Shown here: positions 18,844-27,692 of the stretch, in pieces
How positions within the stretch are numbered: the stretch's first letter is position 1
How the letters are laid out: each line of letters begins with the position of its first letter
Program-made: the position numbers and the translations under genes
Notes under the pieces: model-generated
Database searches by the model: none
What the model was told of the DNA's origin: nothing
Seen by the model: the letters and a program-made list of their open reading frames with translations, nothing else
DNA from: an uncultured Lactobacillales bacterium
GTDB taxonomy: Bacteria; Pseudomonadota; Alphaproteobacteria; CAYJES01
Assembly (NCBI GenBank): GCA_964369365.1
Contig: CAYJES010000007.1
Span: 799-64,798 of the forward strand
Length of the DNA stretch: 64,000 nucleotides
Direction: 5' to 3'

Positions 18844-19449
18844 TTATTTATTGTCTTTTTTTATGATATATATCATAGGGATTGAAAATAGTGAAATTAC
18901 ATTTTTAACAATAAAATTAAATACAAATATTTCCCAAACAATACCCCATGGCAATAAAAAAGCAAAGGCTCCTAGACAAAAGATAGTATTGTCAACAGGA
19001 ATGCTTATAGTGTTTGATGCAAGAACTCTGCCCCATTTATGCTTGCCTTTAAATTTATTTTGATATTTTTTATAGATGTAAGTGTCGATTAGCTCACTGA
19101 CTACTTGGGCAGCAATTGATGCGATTACCAGCCGCCAAATTGGCCCCATTACAGTATCAAAAAACACAGATTGTTCAGAAGAATCGCTTGCAGGAAAAAT
19201 TCCAATGAAAGCAAGATATAGGCTAAGCGCTAGATTGCAAAGAGCAGTATAAATAATAACTTTTACAGAAATTTTTTCTCCTGCCCCTTGATGCATCAAA
19301 TCACGAATAGTAAAGGTTAAGGGAAATAAAAATATTCCCATATCAACAGCGTATCCAGCAACAATGCCTATTTTAAGGCTGGAAATGTTCGATATAAGTT
19401 GTAGGGCAACATATAAAACTATGGGCCAAATAAAAATATTTCTATTCAT
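18844..19449 (-). CDS. Queuosine-precursor transporter, YhhQ/DUF165 (VUT) family
   Basis: About 200 aa polytopic membrane protein. Layout and motifs (FPLTFTIRDL..., LIDTYIY, SIPVDN) fit YhhQ-family proteins. Confidence 0.55.
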   Translation of the reverse strand: MNRNIFIWPIVLYVALQLISNISSLKIGIVAGYAVDMGIFLFPLTFTIRDLMHQGAGEKISVKVIIYTALCNLALSLYLAFIGIFPASDSSEQSVFFDTVMGPIWRLVIASIAAQVVSELIDTYIYKKYQNKFKGKHKWGRVLASNTISIPVDNTIFCLGAFAFLLPWGIVWEIFVFNFIVKNVISLFSIPMIYIIKKDNK

Positions 19450-19457
19450 TGATGCTT

Positions 19458-19670
19458 TTATTGATCTAAATCTTCTTCTAGCATTGACATGATGAAATCA
19501 AAAGAAACTTCGCCTTCATCTTCGTTTTGATAAACTACGCCTAAAAATTCGCCTTCTAAGAATACTTCATCAGGAGCTTCTGCTCCTTGGCCAGCTTGAA
19601 GTTTTACTGATGGGTTTGCAAAAACAGCTTGCATGTATTTTTCTACTTTTTTTCTGTTATCAGAGTTCAT
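19458..19670 (-). CDS. DUF3126 family small protein
   Basis: 70 aa. The motif EVFLEGEFLGVVYQNEDEGEVSFDF matches the alphaproteobacterial DUF3126 pattern. Confidence 0.5.
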   Translation of the reverse strand: MNSDNRKKVEKYMQAVFANPSVKLQAGQGAEAPDEVFLEGEFLGVVYQNEDEGEVSFDFIMSMLEEDLDQ

Positions 19671-19876
19671 TATATTTCTCCTAATTTAAATTATTAATAC
19701 CCTATTATGTTACGGAAATGATAACTTTACAAGTAAAATATTTGAAATGTCACTTATTTTATAAAGTATATTGTTGATAAAATTGGGGATATTTTGTGGA
19801 TAAATTTTTGCTTGCTTAGAGTCTGATTTACGTGATAAATTGCCTGATAATTAATATTAATTTTTAGGAAAATATA

Positions 19877-21133
19877 ATGAAAACTTTTTCTGCTTTTGAA
19901 AGAATGGTTGCATGGCGATATTTGCGTTCTAAACGTAAAGAAGGTTTTGTTTCTGTTATTACTATTTTTTCTTTGTTGGGGATTTGCCTTGGCGTTGCTA
20001 CACTTATTATTGTTATGAGTGTTATGAATGGATTTCGTCATGAACTTTTAAATAGAATTCTTGGGCTTAATGGACATATGGGGGTTTACGCTTCGTACGG
20101 TACTTTATTGGGTGATTATGATTTAATCGGGCAAAAAATAAAAACTGCTAAAAATGTTGTAGGTGTAATCCCAATAGCAGAAGGTCAAGTTATGGTTACC
20201 TCTCCTAGAGGTGGGGTGCAAGGCGGTATCTTAAGAGGTATGAGAGCAAATGATTTGGCTTTTCATAGGGTTATTATGCAATCGCTAAAGGGAATGAATT
20301 TGGATGATTTTGATCGTCCGGATACGATTGTTCTTGGCTATAAATTGGCGCAAAAGCTTGGGGCGCAAATAGGAGATGAAATAACTTTGGTTTCTCCACA
20401 AGGCAAAGCAACCGCTTTTGGTACAGTACCAAGAATGAAATCGTTTGAAATTGTTGGTACGTTTAATGTGGGTATGCAAGAATATGATGCCAGTTTTATG
20501 TATATGAATTTAATAAATGCGCAAAATTATCTGGGTTTTGGCGATACAGTTTCTAATTTAGAAATTTTTATAGATAATCCGGACGATGTCGAATCGGTAC
20601 GTAAGGTTCTTGCTCCTATTGTCGGGGCTGGTGGATCGGTTGTTGATTGGCAAAAATCAAATTCTTCATTCTTTAATGCAATTCAAGTAGAAAGGAATGT
20701 TATGTTCCTTATCCTTACTTTGATCATTATTGTCGCGGCATTTAATATTATTTCAAGTCTTATAATGCTTGTAAAAGATAAAGGTAGAGACATCGGAATA
20801 CTGAGGACTATGGGTGCTTCTCGTGGTATGATAATGAGGATATTTTTCTTGTCTGGGTCTTTGGTTGGTGTCGTTGGCACTGTAATTGGGGTTATACTAG
20901 GGCTTACTTTTTGTGCGAATATCGAATCGATACGTCAGTTTTTGGAGTCCTTAACTGGTACAGAATTATTCTCGGCAGAAATATATTTCCTATCTCAGCT
21001 TCCTGCTAGGGTGGAATTTGGCGAAGTGGTTAATGTTATTTTAATGGCTCTTGGTCTTTCTTTTGGGGCTACTATTTACCCTGCGTTGAGGGCTGCAAAA
21101 ATGGATCCAGTGGAGGCGTTACGATATGAATAA
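19877..21133 (+). CDS. lolE: Lipoprotein-releasing system permease LolC/E (FtsX family)
   Basis: 418 aa with 4 TM segments, a periplasmic MacB-like domain and a C-terminal FtsX domain. It overlaps lolD by 8 nt. Confidence 0.85.
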   Translation: MKTFSAFERMVAWRYLRSKRKEGFVSVITIFSLLGICLGVATLIIVMSVMNGFRHELLNRILGLNGHMGVYASYGTLLGDYDLIGQKIKTAKNVVGVIPIAEGQVMVTSPRGGVQGGILRGMRANDLAFHRVIMQSLKGMNLDDFDRPDTIVLGYKLAQKLGAQIGDEITLVSPQGKATAFGTVPRMKSFEIVGTFNVGMQEYDASFMYMNLINAQNYLGFGDTVSNLEIFIDNPDDVESVRKVLAPIVGAGGSVVDWQKSNSSFFNAIQVERNVMFLILTLIIIVAAFNIISSLIMLVKDKGRDIGILRTMGASRGMIMRIFFLSGSLVGVVGTVIGVILGLTFCANIESIRQFLESLTGTELFSAEIYFLSQLPARVEFGEVVNVILMALGLSFGATIYPALRAAKMDPVEALRYE

Positions 21134-21869
21134 AAAAACTGTTTTATCTTTAAAAGGAATTAAAAAGAACTTTGTCCAAGGTGATAGTACTCTTGAAGTT
21201 TTAAAAGAAGTTGATTTAGAAGTGAAGGCAGGCGAGATTGTTGCTTTGGTTGGACCTTCTGGTGCTGGTAAATCTACGTTATTGCATATAATGGGATTGT
21301 TGGAACGTCCTGATGAAGGCGAACTTATCTTAAATGATATTTCTTGTGAACATGCTGATGATGATACAAGAACAATGTACAGAAGAGATTATCTTGGATT
21401 TGTTTATCAATATCATAACTTACTACCTGAATTTTCGGCTCTTGAAAACGTGATGGTGCCTCAAATGATTGCTGGTTTTCCAAAAGATTCAATCGAAAAT
21501 AGAGCATTGTGGTTGATTGAAAAAATGGGATTAATGGACAGGGCTTCTCATAGACCATCTGAATTATCAGGTGGAGAGCAACAAAGAATTGCAATCGCAA
21601 GAGCTCTTATTCATGAACCAAGATTATTGTTAGCCGATGAGCCTACTGGTAATCTTGATCCCCAAACTTCTAAAATAGTTTTTAATGAGTTATTAAAAAT
21701 GGTTAGGGAAACTGGACTTGCCGCTATTGTTGCAACACATAATCCTGAGCTTGCGGCTAAGATGGATAGGAAAATAACCTTGCATGATGGTAAGTTAACA
21801 GAGTTAGGCGGAAGTTATACTCGTGCTAAAAAATTTGAAAGTAAACCTTTTTCAAGAACTAAGGTATAA
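21126..21869 (+). CDS. lolD: Lipoprotein-releasing system ATP-binding protein LolD
   Basis: Walker A (GPSGAGKST), ABC signature (LSGGEQQR), Walker B (LLLADEPT). Confidence 0.9.
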   Translation: MNKKTVLSLKGIKKNFVQGDSTLEVLKEVDLEVKAGEIVALVGPSGAGKSTLLHIMGLLERPDEGELILNDISCEHADDDTRTMYRRDYLGFVYQYHNLLPEFSALENVMVPQMIAGFPKDSIENRALWLIEKMGLMDRASHRPSELSGGEQQRIAIARALIHEPRLLLADEPTGNLDPQTSKIVFNELLKMVRETGLAAIVATHNPELAAKMDRKITLHDGKLTELGGSYTRAKKFESKPFSRTKV

Positions 21870-21872
21870 GAA

Positions 21873-24800
21873 ATGACTAATTTTATCCATTTAAGAGTAC
21901 ATTCTGGCTATTCATTGTTGGAAGGTGCAATTAAGGTAAAAGATTTATTAGAGTTATGTAAAAAATATAATATGCCAGCGGTTGCTATTACTGATACTGG
22001 GAATATGTTTAATGGTGCTGATTTTTCGGTTAATGCTTCAAAAGATGGTATTCAACCTATTTTAGGGGTGCAATTATGGATAAAAAGAAAACCAACAAGT
22101 ATTTATGAAAAAGAACCAGAAAAGGCAAGTCAACTTGTGCTATTGGTACAAAATCAACAAGGATATAATAACATTATTAAATTGGTATCTAAAAGTTTTT
22201 TAGATATGACTGCCACTACTGAACATCCTTTTATTTATCTGGAAGATTTAAAAGAATATTCAGAAGGTTTGATTGCGCTTAGTGGTGGGGTTACAGGTAT
22301 TATAGGTTCTTGTTTGCTTAGTAGAAATAAAGAAGATGCAGCTGAAAATACATTACTGTTAAAAGATATTTATGGTGATAGATTTTATATGGAAATCATG
22401 CGCCATGGTGATGATAAAGAAATGATGACAGAGGGTGATTTTCTTAATCTTGCGTATGAACATAACATTCCTTTGGTTGCAACAAATAATGCATTTTTTA
22501 TTGATAGAGATTTTTATGAAGCAAATGATGCGTTAATTTGTATTGCTGAAAAAAAATACGTTAGTGATGAAGATAGAGATAGGTTAACAGAAGAGCATTA
22601 TTTCAAATCAAGTGAAGAAATGATAGAATTATTTTCTGATTTACCAGAAGCAATCGAAAATACTGTAAAAATAGCAAAACGCTGCGGTTTTATGATTGAA
22701 AAAACTAGTGTAATGTTCCCGATTTATACAGCCGATGATATGGGTGATTTATCAGAATTTGAATTGATGAAAAAGAGGGCAGAATCTGGACTTGTTGAAA
22801 AATTTGGAAAAATGGGAGAAGTGGATAAAGAAGAATACGAAAAAAGATTGGAATATGAAATAAACATTATTAACCAAATGGGGTTTTGTGGTTATTTTTT
22901 AATCGTATCTGATTTTATTATGTATTCTAAACAAAATGGAATTCCGGTTGGTCCTGGTCGTGGTTCTGGGGCTGGATCTTTGGTTGCGTGGTGTTTAGGT
23001 ATTACCGATCTTGACCCACTTAGGTTCGGGCTTTTATTCGAACGTTTCCTTAATCCTGAACGTGTTTCGATGCCTGATTTTGATATCGACTTTTGCCAAG
23101 AAAAGCGCGAAAAAACTATTCAATATGTTCAAGAAAAATATGGATATGATAAAGTAGCACAAATCATTACTTACGGTAAATTACAAGCAAAAGCAGTAAT
23201 AAGAGATGTGGGAAGGGTGTTGCAAATTCCTTTTCCTGTGGTGGATAAATTTGCAAAAAAAATTCCTACTAAAAATCCTGATAATCCTAATAAGCCTGTT
23301 ACATTAAAAATGGCAGTGGATCTTGAACCTGAACTTGCACAAATGATTAATGAAGAAAGAGATATCAAAAAAATGTATGATATTTCACGCAAGTTAGAAG
23401 GTCTTTACAGAAATGCATCGACCCATGCTGCTGGAGTTGTGATTGGCCCAAGACCTCTTGATACTATCATTCCTTTATATAAAGATATTCGTTCGCCTAC
23501 TCCTGTTACTCAATTTGATATGAAATGGGTAGAAGACGTAGGGCTTATAAAATTCGACTTTTTAGGACTTAAAACTTTGACCGTTATTGATAAAGCGGTG
23601 CAATTAATTGAAAAAAATCATGGCGTGAAAATTGATATAGCTGATATTCCATTGGAGCAAAAAGAAGCATTTGAACTACTGCACAGCGCCCAAACATCTG
23701 GCGTGTTCCAGTTGGAGAGTGGTGGTATGCGTGATGTGTTAAGACAGGTAAAACCCGATAGTTTAGAAGAAATTACGGCTGTGGTTGCGCTTTATCGTCC
23801 CGGTCCTATGGCAAATATTCCAACCTATGCCAACAGAAAGTTTGGCAGAGAGCCAATCGAATCGATACATGAAAAGCTTGATGATTTGTTAAGCGAAACA
23901 TACGGCATTATCGTATATCAAGAACAGGTTATGGAAATTGCTAAAATTCTTGCTGGATACTCTTTGGGTGGATCGGATTTATTAAGGCGCGCCATGGGTA
24001 AAAAGAAAAAAGAAGAAATGGATGCGCAAAGAAAAGTCTTTGTAGATGGCTGTCTTAAAAATGAAATAAGCGAACAAAAAGCGACAGAAGTATTCAACTT
24101 GATGGAAAAATTTGCTGAGTACGGCTTCAATAAATCTCATGCTGCTGCTTATGCTTTGATTGCTTATCAAACCGCATATCTTAAGGCTTTGTATCCTGCA
24201 CCTTTTATGGCTGCTACTATGACTTTGGATATCAATAATACTGATAAGCTTGCTGAGTTTAAAGTTGAAATTGATAAAATGGGAATCGAAATTTTAACCC
24301 CAGATATAAATAAATCAGAAGTGGAATTTAGTGTTGAAAATGGCAAAATAAGATATGCTTTAGGGGCAATTAAAAACGTTGGTTCCGCTGCTATGCAATC
24401 CATTATTGATGAAAGAAACGAAAACGGAGAATTTAAATCATTAGAAGATTTCACAAACCGTTATGATGTTCATCAAGTAAACAGAAAATGTTTAGAGAAT
24501 ATGGCAAAAGCAGGGTGTTTTGATTCTTTGGAGTTAAATCGCAATAAAATTTTTCAAAATATAGATAGAATTATTAATGCAGGTAGTAATGCGTCTATGG
24601 ATAGGAAAAGTAATCAAATAAGTTTGTTCGGAGATGCGCCGGTTACAGATATAATCAAATTTGAAGCTTGCGAAGATTGGACGCAAATTGAAAGATTGCG
24701 ATTTGAACAAGACGCTCTTGGTTTTTATTTGTCTGCCCATCCGCTAGACGGAATTAATAGGGCGCTTAAAAGACTTAAGGTGACAAATCTTGTAGATATT

Positions 24801-25307
24801 GACGAAGTCGTAAAAGAAAAAGCAGGATATTATTCAGTGGCTGGAATTATTTCTGGGTCAAGAAGTGGGGTTACAAAAACAGGGAAAAAATACTTTATTG
24901 TATCGCTTGCAGATAAAACAGAATCCAAAGATTTCTTTATGTTTGGTGAGGCATTTGAAAAAAATAGAGATATGTTCGAATCGGAAAAAGTTTTGCTAGT
25001 TGAATTAAAAGGCGAAATGAAAGCCGATGACAGCGGTATAAGATACAGCATAATAAGCGTTGATGATTTGGAAAAAAGAAAAGCTGCTCTTAATGCTGAA
25101 TTTGAAATTACTATTAGCCATGATAAAGTAATTAATGAATTAAACAAGTTGCTAGATACTGTAAAAGGCGGCAAAAATGACGTGTTTATATGTTGTAATG
25201 CTTTGGGACATAAAGTAAATATGGAAATTGGAAAATATAATATCGATAAAGAATTGCGTTATAAAATATCAATTCTTGATGGTGTTGATAGCGTCGAAGA
25301 AGGCTGA
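21873..25307 (+). CDS. dnaE: DNA polymerase III alpha subunit
   Basis: 1144 aa. N-terminal PHP domain (HLRVHSGYSLLEG). Polymerase core motifs (PDFDIDF, GLLKFDFLGLKTL). OB-fold C-terminus. Confidence 0.95.
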   Translation: MTNFIHLRVHSGYSLLEGAIKVKDLLELCKKYNMPAVAITDTGNMFNGADFSVNASKDGIQPILGVQLWIKRKPTSIYEKEPEKASQLVLLVQNQQGYNNIIKLVSKSFLDMTATTEHPFIYLEDLKEYSEGLIALSGGVTGIIGSCLLSRNKEDAAENTLLLKDIYGDRFYMEIMRHGDDKEMMTEGDFLNLAYEHNIPLVATNNAFFIDRDFYEANDALICIAEKKYVSDEDRDRLTEEHYFKSSEEMIELFSDLPEAIENTVKIAKRCGFMIEKTSVMFPIYTADDMGDLSEFELMKKRAESGLVEKFGKMGEVDKEEYEKRLEYEINIINQMGFCGYFLIVSDFIMYSKQNGIPVGPGRGSGAGSLVAWCLGITDLDPLRFGLLFERFLNPERVSMPDFDIDFCQEKREKTIQYVQEKYGYDKVAQIITYGKLQAKAVIRDVGRVLQIPFPVVDKFAKKIPTKNPDNPNKPVTLKMAVDLEPELAQMINEERDIKKMYDISRKLEGLYRNASTHAAGVVIGPRPLDTIIPLYKDIRSPTPVTQFDMKWVEDVGLIKFDFLGLKTLTVIDKAVQLIEKNHGVKIDIADIPLEQKEAFELLHSAQTSGVFQLESGGMRDVLRQVKPDSLEEITAVVALYRPGPMANIPTYANRKFGREPIESIHEKLDDLLSETYGIIVYQEQVMEIAKILAGYSLGGSDLLRRAMGKKKKEEMDAQRKVFVDGCLKNEISEQKATEVFNLMEKFAEYGFNKSHAAAYALIAYQTAYLKALYPAPFMAATMTLDINNTDKLAEFKVEIDKMGIEILTPDINKSEVEFSVENGKIRYALGAIKNVGSAAMQSIIDERNENGEFKSLEDFTNRYDVHQVNRKCLENMAKAGCFDSLELNRNKIFQNIDRIINAGSNASMDRKSNQISLFGDAPVTDIIKFEACEDWTQIERLRFEQDALGFYLSAHPLDGINRALKRLKVTNLVDIDEVVKEKAGYYSVAGIISGSRSGVTKTGKKYFIVSLADKTESKDFFMFGEAFEKNRDMFESEKVLLVELKGEMKADDSGIRYSIISVDDLEKRKAALNAEFEITISHDKVINELNKLLDTVKGGKNDVFICCNALGHKVNMEIGKYNIDKELRYKISILDGVDSVEEG

Positions 25308-26231
25308 TAAAGATTGTTTGTCAGGATAAGCGATCAATAAAATTTCATAAAATAGAGTGTTATTTTCTTTTACGATTTTAAATTTGTAACCTAAGTCTAG
25401 TTTTTCAATAAAAGGCTTTATTTCAAAAAAATCTTCCCCTCTATGATAAAGAGATATCAATAAAATAGGTTTGTGTTTTTTTAATGTTTCAACTGCGCCT
25501 TTTATAACATTAAATTCAAATCCTTCGACATCTAACTTTAACAGACCTAAATTTAAATTGTTATCACTGGCAAAATCATCAATAGTTGTTATATTTGTTT
25601 CTTGAGTTGGCTTTGTTTTGTTTTTAGCGAGTAAGGTTGATCCTGGGCCTGCGATATTTATTGTTCCTGAACCTTTTTTATCACTAAGCGCCATACTAAT
25701 AACAGAAACATTATCCATATTATTCATTGCAATCGTTTCGTTTAAAAGTTTTTGATTTTTTATGGTTGGTTCAAAACAATAAATATGTTTTGGGCGATAT
25801 TCTGAAAAAACAAGGGCGCTGTCGCCTACGAATGCACCGCCATCAATGATGTCTTTATTTTTTATTTGTTCTCTGATTTTATGATTTAGAGATTTCAAAC
25901 CACAATGGTTGATAAAAACGTTGTCTTCATAACGTTTGCCAGCAATTTTGCCTTTGTACTTTTCTGGGAATGGTTTTTGATTAATTTCTTCATTGCTTAA
26001 ATAATCTTTTGGGTTAATAAAAAAATTATCGCCTAAGATATCATATGCTTTCATAAAAAGTTTGTATCGTTCAATAAACGTATTCACAGTGTTTGTAGAC
26101 TTTTCATCCAACCCAGAGATAAGCTCTTTTGTGCGAATTTCAATGTCGTTATTTTCGAAATAATTTTTAAAATCATCAATAAAAGATGCTATCATTTTAA
26201 AACGAAAAATTTGCCGTTCTGATGGGTGCAT
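25269..26231 (-). CDS. FkbM family SAM-dependent methyltransferase
   Basis: VIDGGAFVGDSALVF...CFEP...LLKLDVEGFEFNVIKGA FkbM signature. The stop overlaps the dnaE 3' end by 39 nt (convergent). Confidence 0.7.
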   Translation of the reverse strand: MHPSERQIFRFKMIASFIDDFKNYFENNDIEIRTKELISGLDEKSTNTVNTFIERYKLFMKAYDILGDNFFINPKDYLSNEEINQKPFPEKYKGKIAGKRYEDNVFINHCGLKSLNHKIREQIKNKDIIDGGAFVGDSALVFSEYRPKHIYCFEPTIKNQKLLNETIAMNNMDNVSVISMALSDKKGSGTINIAGPGSTLLAKNKTKPTQETNITTIDDFASDNNLNLGLLKLDVEGFEFNVIKGAVETLKKHKPILLISLYHRGEDFFEIKPFIEKLDLGYKFKIVKENNTLFYEILLIAYPDKQSLSAFFDAINTIKN

Positions 26232-27692
26232 TTACTCCTCCAATAGATGTTTTTCTAATACTTTTTTGATGGTTTGCATGGTTTTAACTCTTGCCCTTTT
26301 TTTGTTGTTAGTAGCAATAACAAACCAAGGAGCATATCCAGTATCGGTCAAACTTATCATATCAGAAAATGCTTCGTCGTAATTATCCCATTTATCACGA
26401 TTACGCCAATCTTCATCGGTGATTTTCCATTTTTTGTATTCGGTATCAGACCTTGCTTCGAATCTCTCTAGTTGTTCCTCTTTATCGATATACAACAAAA
26501 ATTTTATTACAATGTTATCCGAATCGGTTAGTTGCTTTTCAAATTCGTTAATTTCGTTATAACCTCTTAACCATGAACTTTCATCGCTGAAGCCTTCTAT
26601 TCTTTCCACCAATACTCTGCCGTACCAGCTTCTGTCAAATATGGTAAGAAGTTTTTGTTCGGAAAATTTGTTCCAAAATCTCCATAAATAATGGTGTTTT
26701 TTTTCATCTTCTGTTGGCGCAGATATTGGTATAATGCTGTATAATCTAGGGTTTAATGAAGAAGTTATCCTTAAAATAACCCCACCTTTGCCCGATGCGT
26801 CAGGTCCTTCGAAACATAAAATTACTTTTTTGCCCCTGTCTTCTGCTCTTGTGAAAAGTTCGTTTAATTCAGAACGTAACAATTTTATTTCTTTATCGTA
26901 TTCTTGGCGTGGTAATTTTTTTTCAAATTCTATCTCAGAAAAATCAACTTTCTTTTCAATTGGAATTATATTTTCTTTTGATAATTCTGGTGGTTTATAA
27001 AAATTACCAGATTTTATTATGTCGTCAATGTTGTTGCAAAAATTTTTTAAAGTGGTTGAAACTCTTTCGCTTCTGGTGTTATCGTTTATTATATTCCATG
27101 GCGCATATTCTTTATGAGTTTTATCAATAATATCGCTTAACGTTTCTTTTAATTCATCATAGTGTTTAAAGCTGTCGTAATCGTATTCCATCATTTTCCA
27201 ACGTAATTCTTTGTCTTCTTCAAGATAATTAAGATATTTTTCCGTGTGTTTTTTTGAAATATCAAGCCAGTATTTTAAAATGATATAACCATTGTCAGCC
27301 AAAGTTTTTTCAAATTCTTTAATTTCATTTATTTTGTTTTCGTATTCTTCTGATGAAATTTTTTTGTATGCTCTGTCGGTTAGGGGTTCTGTGTACCATG
27401 AACTAAGATAAACGCCAAGTTGTCCTGCACTAGGCAAATCCCTCCAAAACCTTCTGTACGGATTATCATTAGGAGGTAATTTTTTATCATATGCATTTTG
27501 TAAAATATTCCTTGCATTCATCCAGCTCCATAAATGGTTGAAGCTTGAATTTCTGCCGCTGCCTGAAAGCCCAGCAAGAACCATAATTACAGGAAGATTG
27601 TTTTTTGCAATATGAAGTTGCGTTTTTAATAAACAAGTCCTGATTTTGTCTTCATCTTCTTCATTAAAATCTACATAAAATAATTCGCTCAT
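26232..27692 (-). CDS. ppk2: Two-domain polyphosphate kinase 2 family protein (PAP/PPK2-like). The N-domain P-loop is degenerate.
   Basis: 486 aa with two PPK2 repeats. The C-terminal repeat has an intact Walker A (FEGPDASGKGG). The N-terminal repeat has a degenerate one (LAGLSGSGRNS). Confidence 0.8.
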   Translation of the reverse strand: MSELFYVDFNEEDEDKIRTCLLKTQLHIAKNNLPVIMVLAGLSGSGRNSSFNHLWSWMNARNILQNAYDKKLPPNDNPYRRFWRDLPSAGQLGVYLSSWYTEPLTDRAYKKISSEEYENKINEIKEFEKTLADNGYIILKYWLDISKKHTEKYLNYLEEDKELRWKMMEYDYDSFKHYDELKETLSDIIDKTHKEYAPWNIINDNTRSERVSTTLKNFCNNIDDIIKSGNFYKPPELSKENIIPIEKKVDFSEIEFEKKLPRQEYDKEIKLLRSELNELFTRAEDRGKKVILCFEGPDASGKGGVILRITSSLNPRLYSIIPISAPTEDEKKHHYLWRFWNKFSEQKLLTIFDRSWYGRVLVERIEGFSDESSWLRGYNEINEFEKQLTDSDNIVIKFLLYIDKEEQLERFEARSDTEYKKWKITDEDWRNRDKWDNYDEAFSDMISLTDTGYAPWFVIATNNKKRARVKTMQTIKKVLEKHLLEE

